In this document: piece by piece, positions 1 to 10,337 of the stretch
Position numbering within the stretch: position 1 is the stretch's first letter
Layout of the letters: every line of letters starts with the position of its first letter
DNA from: Bacillota bacterium
GTDB lineage: Bacteria > Bacillota > Ch66 > Ch109
Assembly: GCA_050952625.1 (NCBI GenBank)
Contig: JBMNLH010000001.1
Span: 64,001 to 128,000, forward strand
DNA: 64,000 nucleotides
Reading direction: 5' to 3'
Translations under genes and position numbers: made by a program
The notes under the pieces: model-generated
Database searches by the model: none
What the model was told of the DNA's origin: nothing
Seen by the model: the letters and a program-made list of their open reading frames with translations, nothing else

Positions 1-1
1 G

Positions 2-541
2 CTGGGTATGGTTTATGAAGACTCGGATAATGCCCGGGTATATTCAGCCGTCAATGAAGTGGAAAGCCTGGCCAAGGAAAAGGGGTTTGAAATAGTCCGT
101 TATCATGTGCGAGAACCACGTCTTCCCGAGGAGTTCCCTCAGTATTATCAGGGAGTCCAGGCCGCCTACAATGAATTAGCCAAACAGGTTGATGCTGTTT
201 TTGTGACCATTGCCTCGCTGGAAAGTACAAAGCTGCCAGAACTATTCCAACCCTTTTACGAGCGAAAAATACCAATTTTCTCTCAGTTAGGGAGCATTGA
301 AGTGGAAAATGGAGCGTTGCTCACTATTTCAGTGATGGATGAAGTGAATATCGGACGTTTTGGGGCGGATAATATTGCCCAGTGCCTGAAAGGGGCTAAA
401 CCACGTCAGTTAGAACAATCTTTTCAAAGTGCCCCGAAAATAACCCTTAACGCTGAGGTGGCGAAAATGATCGACTTCAAACTGCCATTTGAACTGGTGG
501 TTGTGCTTGATGAAGTTTACCAGACCATCGGAGCTCGATAA
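2..541 (+). CDS. ABC transporter substrate-binding protein, C-terminal part (5' end outside window)
   Basis: Frame is open from base 2. The C-terminus (VENGALL...GAKPRQL...ITLNAEVAKMIDFKLP..LVVVLDEV) resembles the ABC_sub_bind family. Confidence 0.65.
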   Translation: MGMVYEDSDNARVYSAVNEVESLAKEKGFEIVRYHVREPRLPEEFPQYYQGVQAAYNELAKQVDAVFVTIASLESTKLPELFQPFYERKIPIFSQLGSIEVENGALLTISVMDEVNIGRFGADNIAQCLKGAKPRQLEQSFQSAPKITLNAEVAKMIDFKLPFELVVVLDEVYQTIGAR

Positions 542-566
542 ATATTTATTTAATTAGCGAAAGCGT

Positions 567-722
567 GTGATACTTAGGGCACTGGCAAAAGGAAATGCAG
601 AGCTTGCCGATGAAGAACTGGAAAATGTAGCTGGTGGATCAGCCTTTATTGACAAGTTTGTCTCAATGGGCCAATGTCTTTATGAGGGTACGGTTCGATT
701 TATTAGTGCGTGGCAATGGTAG
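567..722 (+). CDS. Double-glycine (Nif11/NHLP-like) leader peptide, 51 aa, possibly a truncated RiPP precursor
   Basis: Manual translation from GTG567: MILRALAKGNAELADEELENVAGG-SAFIDKFVSMGQCLYEGTVRFISAWQW*. The ELxDEELExVAGG motif is present but there is no clear RBS. Confidence 0.55.
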   Translation: MILRALAKGNAELADEELENVAGGSAFIDKFVSMGQCLYEGTVRFISAWQW

Positions 723-1011
723 CCCAGACAAGCTGGTGGCGCAAAGCTATTAAAGGCCGAGGAACTTGATGGAATAATACTAGGATAGAGTTCTTTGAAC
801 CGAATGGTAATATGGTATTAAATTAATTTGCATTAAGAAGGCACTCGGGAGGACCTAGACAAACTCCCGGCTGTTTTCTTTTTTGCCTTTTTCTCGTTTA
901 TCCATAAAGAAAGGAACAGCAGGAAAAATAGCACACAATGTCGAAATGGCAAATCAATATTAGATTAAGCATTAAATACTGTATCAAACAGCAGCATTGG
1001 AGGAGAGAAAA

Positions 1012-2191
1012 GTGGCTTTACCCTTAGAGGGAATTCGAGTTCTGGATTTATCGCAGTTATTACCGGGGTCTTTATGTACACAGATCCTGGCTGACCTGGG
1101 AGCAGACGTGCTGAAGATAGAAAACACGAAGGGTGGAGATGGGTTCCGGTGGACCCCACCGCTGGTTAAGACCCTGGGCAGTTTTTTTCATGTGACTAAT
1201 CGAAACAAAAGAGGGATGAAATTAAACCTGCGGGAACCGGCCGGTCGGGAGATTTTTCTGAAACTGGTTCCTGAGGCTGACGTGCTCCTGGACAACTTTC
1301 GGCCCGGGGGAATGAGGCGGATGGGCCTGGGTTACGATGACTTGAAACAGATCAACCCGCGACTCATCTACTGTTCACTAACCGGGTTTGGCCAGGATGG
1401 CCCCTATCGGGATCGAGCCGCGCATGACCTTAACTTTTTAAGTATCTCAGGGATTTTGGATCTGCTCGGGGAAAAGGGTGGCCGACCGATTGTGCCAGCT
1501 ATCCAAATCGCCGGGGCTGGTGGCGGCAGCTTAAATGCGGCCCTAGGAATTTTAGCCGCCTTAATCAGGCGGGAACGGACCGGGGCCGGCCAGTACCTGG
1601 ATGTCGCTATCCTGGATGGACTTGCCCCCTTTTTGGCCTTAACCATGTCGCAGTACCTGGCTGACGGACAGTTGACCCGCCGGGGAGAAAGCCTGGTGGG
1701 CGGTGGTTACGCTTTTTATAATGTCTATGAAACCGCCGATGGAAAATTCTTGGCTTTGGGTGCTCTGGAGGAAAAATTCTGGATCGAGTTCTGCAAAGCA
1801 GTTGGCCGGGAGGATTTAATTGAGGAGCAGTTTGCGCCGGCACCCCGCCAGGATGAACTGATCGAAGAGGTCCGCGCGATTATTCGGCAGAAGACCCGAC
1901 AAGAGTGGGTGGACCTCCTTAGCCAGTATGATACCTGCTTTTCACCGGTGAATAACCTGGAAGAAGCTCTGCAGGATCCGCAGATTCAGCACCGCGGCCT
2001 TATGGTTCAAGGGACAGCACCCGGTTGACGGTGAAATCGGTCAAATGGCGTTCCCGATCAAGTTTTCTGCGGACCAGCCCGGGTGGCGTATGCCCCCGCC
2101 AAGTTATGGGGAGCATACGGAGGAGATCCTGAAAGAATTGGGCTACAGTGATGAGGAGATCGCAGACCTGGGGGCGCGAGGCATTATTTAG
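1012..2191 (+). CDS. CaiB/BaiF family III CoA-transferase (apparent frameshift near 2000)
   Basis: PLEGIRVLDLSQLLPG, NRNKRG and DNFRPG motifs. The family C-terminus (PIKFS...PPPSYGEHTEEILKELGYSDEEI) continues in another frame to TAG2191. GGAGG RBS before GTG1012. Confidence 0.85.
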
Positions 2192-2242
2192 TATATTGAG
2201 GGATTTCTTTGAGATATTTGTCTATAAAGAAAAGGACGGTGC

Positions 2243-3772
2243 TTGGCGATGACTCAAGTCACTAGTAATCAGCCGATTAAGCAGCAGACTGCGAACTCGG
2301 CTCGGGGTGAACTCTTAATGATCGCGGTTACCCCCCATCCCCCGATTATGGTGCCGGAAGTGGGTCGAGGAGAAGACCGCCAAGTTGAACGGAGTCAAAA
2401 GGCGATGGCTCGACTCGGTCAAGAAATTAGAGCCCTCCAGCCGGATACTGTGATTTTTATCTCTCCCCATGGGCCGATTTTTCAAGATGGGATTGCCCTG
2501 GCGGGAACACCCTGGTTGCAAGGAGACCTGGGGCAGTTTAGAGCCAAGGAGGCAGCTTTTAAATATCCCAATGACCTGAATTTGGCTCAGGCGATTGCTG
2601 AGGAGGCAAAAAAAGCGGGTATTCTGACCGTTATCCTGGATGAACGTCTGGCAAAGCGGTATGGGGTGTCGGACCGCCTTGACCACGGGGTAATGGTGCC
2701 GCTTTACTTTCTCCAGGCAGAAGGGCTCAGGCCAGCAGTTGATTCGCCTCGGCATGATTCCAAACCAGAAGAAATCCGAACTGTTGCCCCGGCCAAACTG
2801 GTTGTGATGGCTTACGGCCTGTTGCCTTTTGAGGACCTGTATGCTTTTGGGTTGGTGATACGGCGCGCTGTGGAGCAGACTGGGCGGCGCGCAGTGCTGA
2901 TTGCCAGTGGGGATTTGTCGCATCGGCTAACCCCGGCGGCCCCGGCTGGGTACCGACCGGAAGGGGAGGTATTTGATCGGCAGATTTGTGAGCTGACCGC
3001 CAAAGCGGATGTCCTGGGTCTGCTTAATCTACCCCTGGGATTAGCGGAACAGGCGGGGGAATGCGGACTGCGTTCTCTGATTATGGCCTGGGGAGCAGCT
3101 GATGGCCGCCAGGTAAACCCCGAGGTTTACAGTTACGAAGGTCCTTTTGGAGTGGGCTACATGATTGCCAATCTGGGCGTTGGCCAGGCTGATCCTTCCC
3201 GGCAACTGCTCGAACAGCTTAGGGAGCAGCGGGTCAAGGCAATCCAGGAACGCCGGCAGCAAGAGTCACCTTTAGTTCAATTGGCCCGGGCGAGTTTGGA
3301 AACTTACGTCCGCCAAGGGAAAAGATTAGAGCCTGGACCTGAGCTGAAACTTGAGGAACTGCAGCGGCCGGCCGGGGCGTTTGTCTCCATTAAGAAAGAC
3401 GGCCAATTGCGTGGTTGCATTGGCACAATATCACCAGTTTATCCTACGCTGGCGCAGGAAATAATTGAAAACGCGATCAGTGCCGGAACCCGGGACCCGC
3501 GCTTTTTACCAATCGAAGAATCAGAACTGGATGACTTGGTTTACTCAGTCGATGTTTTGGGTGTCCCCGAAGCAGTTACCGGACTAGATGAGCTTGATCC
3601 GTCCCGTTATGGGGTGATTGTCAGTCATGGTTCACGCCGGGGTCTGCTGCTGCCGGATCTGGAGGGAATTGACACCGCTGAACAACAGGTCGCCATTGCC
3701 CGGCAGAAGGCGGGAATTGGCCCCGCAGAATCCGTAACCCTGGAGCGGTTTGAAGTTAAGCGGTTTACATAA
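2243..3772 (+). CDS. amrA: AmmeMemoRadiSam system protein: LigB/MEMO-like domain fused to AMMECR1 domain
   Basis: PHPP, SPHG, DHG, ASGDLSH, GECG and YEGPFGVGY (LigB/MEMO fold), then GAFVSIKKDGQLRGCIGT, DPRF and GLLLPDL (AMMECR1). Confidence 0.88.
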   Translation: MAMTQVTSNQPIKQQTANSARGELLMIAVTPHPPIMVPEVGRGEDRQVERSQKAMARLGQEIRALQPDTVIFISPHGPIFQDGIALAGTPWLQGDLGQFRAKEAAFKYPNDLNLAQAIAEEAKKAGILTVILDERLAKRYGVSDRLDHGVMVPLYFLQAEGLRPAVDSPRHDSKPEEIRTVAPAKLVVMAYGLLPFEDLYAFGLVIRRAVEQTGRRAVLIASGDLSHRLTPAAPAGYRPEGEVFDRQICELTAKADVLGLLNLPLGLAEQAGECGLRSLIMAWGAADGRQVNPEVYSYEGPFGVGYMIANLGVGQADPSRQLLEQLREQRVKAIQERRQQESPLVQLARASLETYVRQGKRLEPGPELKLEELQRPAGAFVSIKKDGQLRGCIGTISPVYPTLAQEIIENAISAGTRDPRFLPIEESELDDLVYSVDVLGVPEAVTGLDELDPSRYGVIVSHGSRRGLLLPDLEGIDTAEQQVAIARQKAGIGPAESVTLERFEVKRFT

Positions 3773-3997
3773 TTTCTACGGTCGCCAGGCAGCACATCCG
3801 AACATGAAAAACAACCCGACCTGAAAATTCAATCGCGCAGTGTGGGTAACGAAGGTCAGTGATCGGCGATTTACATTTATATATATATTCGTTATATATT
3901 ATTTGCTCCAGTGCTCCAGTTTTATCTGTTGAACGAGTTTTCACACAAAAGTTAAACACAAGAGTTATATTTCAGAAAGAAAGCCAGGGAGATCAAG

Positions 3998-4993
3998 ATG
4001 CGGGAAGCTCTCTACTATGAAGCTAGAACAGAGAATAAAGTTAAGTGTCTCTTGTGTCCCCGGGAGTGCCTGTTAGCCCCGGGAAAGGCGGGCGTCTGCC
4101 GGATCAGAGAAAATCGAGACGGTCGGTTATATACTCGGAACTATGGCCGAGCCTCAGCCTGTGCTTTGGATCCGATCGAGAAAAAACCACTGTATCATTT
4201 TCACCCAGGGAGCACCATTTTGTCCCTCGGGACATTTGGCTGTAATTTTGGCTGCCGGTTTTGTCAGAATTGGTCTATCGCGCAGGCTGAGCCTTCGACG
4301 ATTAAGCTTCGCCCAGAACAAGTCATTCAAGCACTCCTGGAAGCGGCTGAACCCTACCGCTGTATTGGTTTAGCTTTTACCTATTCAGAGCCCCTGGTGT
4401 GGTATGAGTACGTGCAGGAGACAGCCGAGCAGGGGCAACGGGCCGGATTTAAAAACGTCCTGGTGACCAATGGCTTTATTCAGGAACAACCCTTAAAAGA
4501 ACTGCTTCCTTTGATTGATGCGCTGAATATTGATGTCAAGGCTTTTACCAATGAATTCTACCGGCACTGGTGCCGGGGGAGCCTTAAACCGGTCTTGCGG
4601 ACGGTTGAGTTGGCTGTAGTTCAGTGTCATGTCGAACTCACCACCCTGCTCATTCCGGGACTGAATGATTCAGCAGAGGAAATTAAGGACCTGGTTACCT
4701 GGGTAGCCGGTTTAAGCCCAGATATACCCCTGCACTTCTCCCGTTATTTCCCCAATTATCAACTGAATTTACCAGCCACCCCAGTATCAACCATGGAAAG
4801 GGCGTATGAAATCGCCCGGGAACAGCTTAACTATGTTTATCTAGGCAACCTCCCCGGGAACCAACGGAGCAACACCGCTTGTCCCCAGTGTTCGCAACTT
4901 CTGGTTGAACGCAACGGCTATCAGACCGAGGTAGTCGGGCTGTCTGGCCAGGCATGTGCCAACTGCGGTCAGTTAATTCCGATTATCAGATAA
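3998..4993 (+). CDS. amrS: AmmeMemoRadiSam system radical SAM enzyme
   Basis: N-terminal CxxCPxxC, DPIEKKPLYHF, CNFGCRFCQN radical SAM motif, IPLHFSRYFP, C-terminal zinc ribbon. Confidence 0.92.
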   Translation: MREALYYEARTENKVKCLLCPRECLLAPGKAGVCRIRENRDGRLYTRNYGRASACALDPIEKKPLYHFHPGSTILSLGTFGCNFGCRFCQNWSIAQAEPSTIKLRPEQVIQALLEAAEPYRCIGLAFTYSEPLVWYEYVQETAEQGQRAGFKNVLVTNGFIQEQPLKELLPLIDALNIDVKAFTNEFYRHWCRGSLKPVLRTVELAVVQCHVELTTLLIPGLNDSAEEIKDLVTWVAGLSPDIPLHFSRYFPNYQLNLPATPVSTMERAYEIAREQLNYVYLGNLPGNQRSNTACPQCSQLLVERNGYQTEVVGLSGQACANCGQLIPIIR

Positions 4994-5248
4994 GCTCTCA
5001 TGTTCTGATCGTGCTGCCAAGTAGGATAACGGCTCCTCTGATATACTCAGCTATACTCAGCCTCTCTCCGCATATTAAGCTCTCCGGACCCTACATCCCC
5101 CTTCGGACCGAACGCCAAGCGGCGGTTTAAATCACCAGCATTTCTTTTAATTCCCTTAAACCAACGGTACCAGAAAAAAAGGATATTTGTCGATATCGCT
5201 GAATAAGTATTGTTGGGGAGATACCCCTAGGGGGTGAGGGGATTGAAA

Positions 5249-6451
5249 ATGAATTACAAAGAGCAGGCTCTCTGCGAACTACAAGCCATTGCCGACCAGA
5301 TAATTGAAATAAGCCGAGCAATCCATCAGCAGCCAGAATTGGGGAATCAGGAGTTTTTCGCGGTTCAACTGATCACCGGTTGCTTGGAAAAGTACGGCTT
5401 TACGATAACCCGAGAGTTGGCCAGCCTGCCGACAGCTTTTGCCGCCGAATACCAGGGCAAACGGGGAGGACCAAAGATCGCTTTTTTGGCCGAATATGAT
5501 GCCTTACCGGAACTGGGCCATGCCTGTGGCCATAATCTGATCGGAGCCGCCAGTCTAGGGGCCGGCCTGGTAGTGAGCCGCCTGCTGAGCGACATCGCGG
5601 GGACCGTTTTGGTGATTGGCACCCCGGCCGAGGAGACAAATGGAGCCAAGGTAACGCTAGTTGAAGCCGGGGTGTTTAACGAAATAGATGCTGCTTTAAT
5701 GTTTCATCCGGGAGACTGTAATGCTGTGGAGGTTAGTTCCTTGGCCCTAGATGCGCTGGAATTTACCTTCAAAGGCAAGGCAGCTCACGCCTCGATCTGT
5801 TCCCAAGGAGGAGTAAACGCCTTAGAAGCAGTACTCTTGCTGTTCGGCGGAGTGAACGCTCTGCGGCAATACCTGGGTGATGAGGTGTTGATTCACGGAA
5901 TTATTGCTGAGGGCGGGATCAGGGCGAATATTATCCCGGAACGGGCAGTAGCCCGCTTTTATATTCGCGCTCGGCAGCTCGACCAATTAGAAAGAGCGGT
6001 GGCCCGGGTTAAGGACTGTGCCCGGGGAGCAGCCACCATGACCGGCACCACAGTGGAGTGGCGAAACTACGAGTTTTCCTATAAAGGAATGATCAGTAAT
6101 CCGACCCTGGTCAGTTTGTTTAAGAAAAACCTTCGGGATTTGGGGGTCAAGGATCTGGTTGGCCCACGGGAAACCCTAGGCTCGCTGGACATGGGGAACG
6201 TTAGTCAGGTGACGCCCAGCCTGCATCCCTACCTTTTATTAAAGCCCCGGTTGATTCCGCATACTCAAGAATTTGTTGAGGCAGCCGGGTCAAAGGCCGG
6301 GGAACAGGTTTTGCTATTGGCAGTAAAGGCTTTAGCTTGGACTGCCATCGATCTTTTGCTTAACCAGCAGTTAGTGGAAAAAGCCCGGCGTGAGTTAGAG
6401 CGAAAACTGGCGGCCCAAAGCCAGGTGGAATGGGGAGCAGCCTCGAGTTAG
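5249..6451 (+). CDS. M20 family amidohydrolase (Acy1L2/AbgB-like)
   Basis: PELGNQE, AEYDALP..GHACGHN, GTPAEE, GKAAHA and GSLDMGNVS motifs. Confidence 0.88.
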   Translation: MNYKEQALCELQAIADQIIEISRAIHQQPELGNQEFFAVQLITGCLEKYGFTITRELASLPTAFAAEYQGKRGGPKIAFLAEYDALPELGHACGHNLIGAASLGAGLVVSRLLSDIAGTVLVIGTPAEETNGAKVTLVEAGVFNEIDAALMFHPGDCNAVEVSSLALDALEFTFKGKAAHASICSQGGVNALEAVLLLFGGVNALRQYLGDEVLIHGIIAEGGIRANIIPERAVARFYIRARQLDQLERAVARVKDCARGAATMTGTTVEWRNYEFSYKGMISNPTLVSLFKKNLRDLGVKDLVGPRETLGSLDMGNVSQVTPSLHPYLLLKPRLIPHTQEFVEAAGSKAGEQVLLLAVKALAWTAIDLLLNQQLVEKARRELERKLAAQSQVEWGAASS

Positions 6452-6473
6452 ATATTAGGATTGGATGTTGGAC

Positions 6474-6537
6474 GTAAGGCGTGAAGGTGTGCAGTGTGAG
6501 ACGTGAGGAGTTAGGTGTTAGGCGTTAGGTGTGCGGG
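6474..6537 (+). repeat. Degenerate heptamer tandem repeat (GTGAGGN-like)
   Basis: gtaaggc gtgaaggt gtgcagt gtgagac gtgagga gttaggt gttaggc gttaggt gtgcggg. Confidence 0.7.
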
Positions 6538-6735
6538 GTAAATTTGGGATGGTTTTTGACTCGGATGGTGCAAGTATTAAACTTATAGTAACAAGGTGAA
6601 TTAAAATTGACGACCGGTCGGTTAACTCACCGGCTCTGAAAGTTATTAATTTATCTGAAGAAAGTATTAAAAATCTGGACAAGAAAATGTATAATAACTC
6701 GATAGGTAGTTTTAAACATTAAGGGAGTGAACTGG

Positions 6736-7773
6736 GTGATCAAAGTTGGGATTGTGGGCGACGGCTACACAGCGGAGGAACTCGTTCGCTTGTTGGCTCG
6801 TCATCCGGAAGCGGAAGTAATGGCGATTACCTCCCTATTAAATATAGGCCGGGGTTTTGATGAAGTATTTCCTAATCTTAAGCATTACACAAAAGTAACG
6901 TGTGAAAGCATGGACCTGCCATCATTTGTTGACCGCTGCGACGCGGTTATTGTTGCTTTGCCCCACGGTCAGGCAGTACCAGTAGTTAAAGAGGTGGTCG
7001 CTCAGGGCAAAAAAGTTGTTGACCTGGGTGCGGATTTCCGGTTTAAGCAGGTGGACGTCTATGAGAGTTGGTACAATGTCAAGCATGAAGCCCCTGATTT
7101 ATTAAAAGAGGCAGTCTACGGAATTCCGGAACTGTATGGTGATCAGGTCCGCAATGCGCGAATCGTCGCCAATCCCGGCTGCTTTCCAACTAGTGCCATT
7201 TTAGGACTGGCTCCGGCCTTAAAGGCCGGCCTTTTAGATACCCGGACCTTGATTGTTGATGCGAAGACCGGCGTTTCTGGTGCAGGAAGAACCCCTGGCC
7301 CAAACAATCTGTTTTGTGAAGCGAACGAAAACGTTAAAGCCTATAATGTGTGTACCCATCGGCATTCCCCGGAAATTGAACAGGTTTTCTCCTGGTTAGC
7401 CGGCCAAGAAGCGATAATTTCTTTCACGCCTCATTTGATTCCGATGTCGCGGGGAATTTTAAGCACCATCTATGGGTCCCTGATCCGGTCGATTACCCGG
7501 GACGAGATTCAGTCAATTTACGAAGAGTTTTATCGGGATTGTTTCTTTGTGCGGGTGCAGCCGGCCGGTCAGTTGCCGCTGACCCGGGCGGTTTATACTT
7601 CAAACCACTGTGATATTGGGCTGGTAATTGACGAAAGGACTAACCGCCTGGTGGTAATATCCGCCATTGATAACCTGGTCAAAGGGGCCTCAGGCCAAGC
7701 CATTCAAAACCTGAACCTGATGTTTGGCCTGCCGGAGACCTGCGGTCTGGAAGCGGCGGGTTTGTTGCCGTGA
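6736..7773 (+). CDS. argC: N-acetyl-gamma-glutamyl-phosphate reductase
   Basis: GYTAEELVRLL, ALPHG, DLGADFR, ANPGCFPT, GVSGAGR, DNLVKGASGQAIQNLN. Confidence 0.96.
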   Translation: MIKVGIVGDGYTAEELVRLLARHPEAEVMAITSLLNIGRGFDEVFPNLKHYTKVTCESMDLPSFVDRCDAVIVALPHGQAVPVVKEVVAQGKKVVDLGADFRFKQVDVYESWYNVKHEAPDLLKEAVYGIPELYGDQVRNARIVANPGCFPTSAILGLAPALKAGLLDTRTLIVDAKTGVSGAGRTPGPNNLFCEANENVKAYNVCTHRHSPEIEQVFSWLAGQEAIISFTPHLIPMSRGILSTIYGSLIRSITRDEIQSIYEEFYRDCFFVRVQPAGQLPLTRAVYTSNHCDIGLVIDERTNRLVVISAIDNLVKGASGQAIQNLNLMFGLPETCGLEAAGLLP

Positions 7774-7826
7774 GGCGTGAGATATGAGGTGTGAAGACGT
7801 AAGGCGTGGGGTGTGAGGTGTGAGGT
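7770..7826 (+). repeat. Degenerate heptamer tandem repeat (GTGAGGN-like)
   Basis: gtgaggc gtgagat atgaggt gtgaagac gtaaggc gtggggt gtgaggt gtgaggt, overlapping the argC stop. Confidence 0.7.
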
Positions 7827-8054
7827 GAGCAGTTATTTAAGCCCGCATTAGTACGTTAGTTAATACACTTTTTAACCACTCACGCCTGCTAGGTACAACC
7901 GCGGGCGATAAGGGCGAGCATGTTTGTCATTGTTATCAATATGATCATTATTCGTTTATCGTGGTGCGGTCAGCGGATGATAGCACTGGACCTGACCGAA
8001 TTTAAAACACAAGCATTAAAGATATGTTAATGAAAGGTAAACGGTGATTAACCC

Positions 8055-9284
8055 ATGAGTATCAAACACGAGATAAAAGGCCTGGAAATTGTTCCCGGTG
8101 GAATTACTGCTCCCCGGGGCTTTCAGGCTGCAGCGGCGGCGGCGGAAATCCGCTATCCGGATCGGCCGGACTTAGCCTTGATCTGCTCAGAAGTACCGGC
8201 TGTAGCTGCCGCGGTTTATACCCGGAATAAGGTGCAGGCCGCCCCATTGATCGTTAGCCGGGAGCACCTGGCTAATGGCCAGGCTCAGGCAGTGGTCATC
8301 AATGCCGGTATTGCCAATGCCGCCACCGGTCAGCAAGGGCTGGCGGATGCCCGGCAAATGGCTTATCTGACGGCGGAGGCCCTACAGATCGCCCCAGAGA
8401 ATGTGGTCGTCGCTTCAACCGGCGTGATCGGCCAATTATTGCCCATGGAGCGGGTGGAAAAAGGCATCCGGCAGGCGGCAACTCAATTGAGCCCAGCCGG
8501 TGGGGCTGAGGCTGCTCAAGCGATTATGACCACGGATACCCGGCGTAAGGAGGTCGCAGTTAAACTGCATATTAGCGGCTGCCCGGTAACGATTGGCGGT
8601 ATGGCCAAGGGTTCCGGGATGGTTCATCCGGATATGGCGACTATGTTAGGCTTTATTACGACTGACGCCGCCATTGAGCCGGGAGTTTTACAACAAGCCC
8701 TAAAGGCATCGATTGACCGGTCGTTTAACCTGGTGACAGTGGATGGGGATACCAGTACCAATGACATGGTTTTATTGCTCGCCAATGGCCGGGCAAACAA
8801 TCCACGCATAGCCGGTGCAGGGCCGGACCTGGCCGCTTTCCAGGCCGGCCTTGATTATATAACCGTATATCTGGCCAAAGAGATTGCCCGGGATGGTGAA
8901 GGGGCTACCCGATTAATAGAAGTGAGAGTTATAAACGCTCCGTCCCTAGATGATGGCAAAAAGGCGGCTCGGGCGATTGCTGGTTCTAGTTTGGTTAAGT
9001 CCGCCGTCTTTGGTCGGGACGCCAACTGGGGCAGAATCCTGGCAGCCCTTGGGTATTCAGGGGCCGATTTTGAGCCGCAGCAGGTTGATATTTACCTCGG
9101 CGAAGTTTTGGTCGCTCGTGACGGAGCCGGCCTAGCTTTTGATGAGGAACTGGCCCGTCAAGTGCTGGAACAGGAAACGGTGGTTATCACCGTGGACCTG
9201 AAAGCCGGTCCGGCAGCAGTCACCGCTTGGGGTTGTGACTTAACTTTTGACTACGTTAAGATAAATGCCAGTTACCGAAGTTAA
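8055..9284 (+). CDS. argJ: Bifunctional glutamate N-acetyltransferase / ornithine acetyltransferase
   Basis: STGVIG, AIMTTDT, KGSGMVHPDMATML, VDGDTSTND, DGEGAT, WGCDLTFDYVKINASYRS. Confidence 0.97.
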   Translation: MSIKHEIKGLEIVPGGITAPRGFQAAAAAAEIRYPDRPDLALICSEVPAVAAAVYTRNKVQAAPLIVSREHLANGQAQAVVINAGIANAATGQQGLADARQMAYLTAEALQIAPENVVVASTGVIGQLLPMERVEKGIRQAATQLSPAGGAEAAQAIMTTDTRRKEVAVKLHISGCPVTIGGMAKGSGMVHPDMATMLGFITTDAAIEPGVLQQALKASIDRSFNLVTVDGDTSTNDMVLLLANGRANNPRIAGAGPDLAAFQAGLDYITVYLAKEIARDGEGATRLIEVRVINAPSLDDGKKAARAIAGSSLVKSAVFGRDANWGRILAALGYSGADFEPQQVDIYLGEVLVARDGAGLAFDEELARQVLEQETVVITVDLKAGPAAVTAWGCDLTFDYVKINASYRS

Positions 9285-9417
9285 AACTATTATAAGTTGC
9301 AGATTGTGTTTTAGAAACCAGGTTAACGCTCACTGGTTTTAAGCTCACTGCTTGAAGCCTGTTATTTTTTCAATAACACTGGAAATTAATTACAGGCTGA
9401 AAGGGAGGTAAGTAACC

Positions 9418-10302
9418 GTGCTAACAGCGATTGAAAAGGCTGGCATTCTAGTCGAGGCATTGCCCTATATCAGAAAGTTTTTTGGTAAAACTATCGTTAT
9501 CAAATATGGCGGGCACGCCATGACTGATGAAAAACTAAAGCAGGCCGTCATGACGGATGTCATTCTGATGAAGTATGTCGGGATAAACCCAGTAATTGTC
9601 CATGGCGGAGGACCAGAGATTAATCATCTCCTTGATCGGTTAGGCATGAAGTCGTCCTTTATCCAGGGTCTTCGGGTGACTGACCGGGAGACCATGGAAA
9701 TAGTGGAGATGGTTCTAGTAGGTAAGGTTAATAAGGAAATAGTATCTTTGCTTAATCAAAACGGCGGCAAGGCAGTCGGGCTGAGCGGCAAGGATGGGCA
9801 ACTGATTGAGGCCCAAAAGAAGTTTTTAACTCCGTTTAATGGTGAGGAAGACCAGATTTATGAACTGGGGTTTGTCGGCGAAGTGGCCCGCATCAATCCA
9901 GAGATAATTGAAACCGTAGTGGAAAAGGGTTACATTCCGGTCGTTGCCCCGGTCGGGGTGGGCGCGGATGGCGAAAGCTATAACATCAACGCCGATTATG
10001 TAGCCGGGGCCATCGCCGCCGCCCTTCAGGCAGATAAATTGATCCTGTTAACTGACGTGGAAGGAATTTACGGAAAGTTTGGCGATGCCTCCACGCTTTA
10101 TTCGTCAGTTCGATTAACGGAAATACCCGGCTTAATTAATGAAGGGGTAATTTCCGGAGGAATGATTCCGAAAGTCCAGTGTTGTACCCAGGCAATCCAG
10201 GGAGGTGTTTCTACCGCCCATATCCTCGATGGCCGCATTTTCCATTCAATCCTGCTGGAGATTTTTACGGATCAGGGAATCGGCACCATGGTGGTGCGGT
10301 AG
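9418..10302 (+). CDS. argB: Acetylglutamate kinase
   Basis: [45 protein letters not shown]. Confidence 0.97.
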   Translation: MLTAIEKAGILVEALPYIRKFFGKTIVIKYGGHAMTDEKLKQAVMTDVILMKYVGINPVIVHGGGPEINHLLDRLGMKSSFIQGLRVTDRETMEIVEMVLVGKVNKEIVSLLNQNGGKAVGLSGKDGQLIEAQKKFLTPFNGEEDQIYELGFVGEVARINPEIIETVVEKGYIPVVAPVGVGADGESYNINADYVAGAIAAALQADKLILLTDVEGIYGKFGDASTLYSSVRLTEIPGLINEGVISGGMIPKVQCCTQAIQGGVSTAHILDGRIFHSILLEIFTDQGIGTMVVR

Positions 10303-10337
10303 GTTGATATACCAAGATCAATAAAGAGGAAGGGGTT

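Noticed and set aside
720-760. ggcgcaaagcta resembling part of a GEMM riboswitch
   Set aside because: Lacks GGCAAA, the GAAA tetraloop and the downstream GGGTCTAA/GCC..GTTGCC elements.
2026-2028. TGA stops in CaiB (and DUF763 at 50249) as selenocysteine codons
   Set aside because: The homologous continuation is in another frame in both cases, and neither position is a Cys site.
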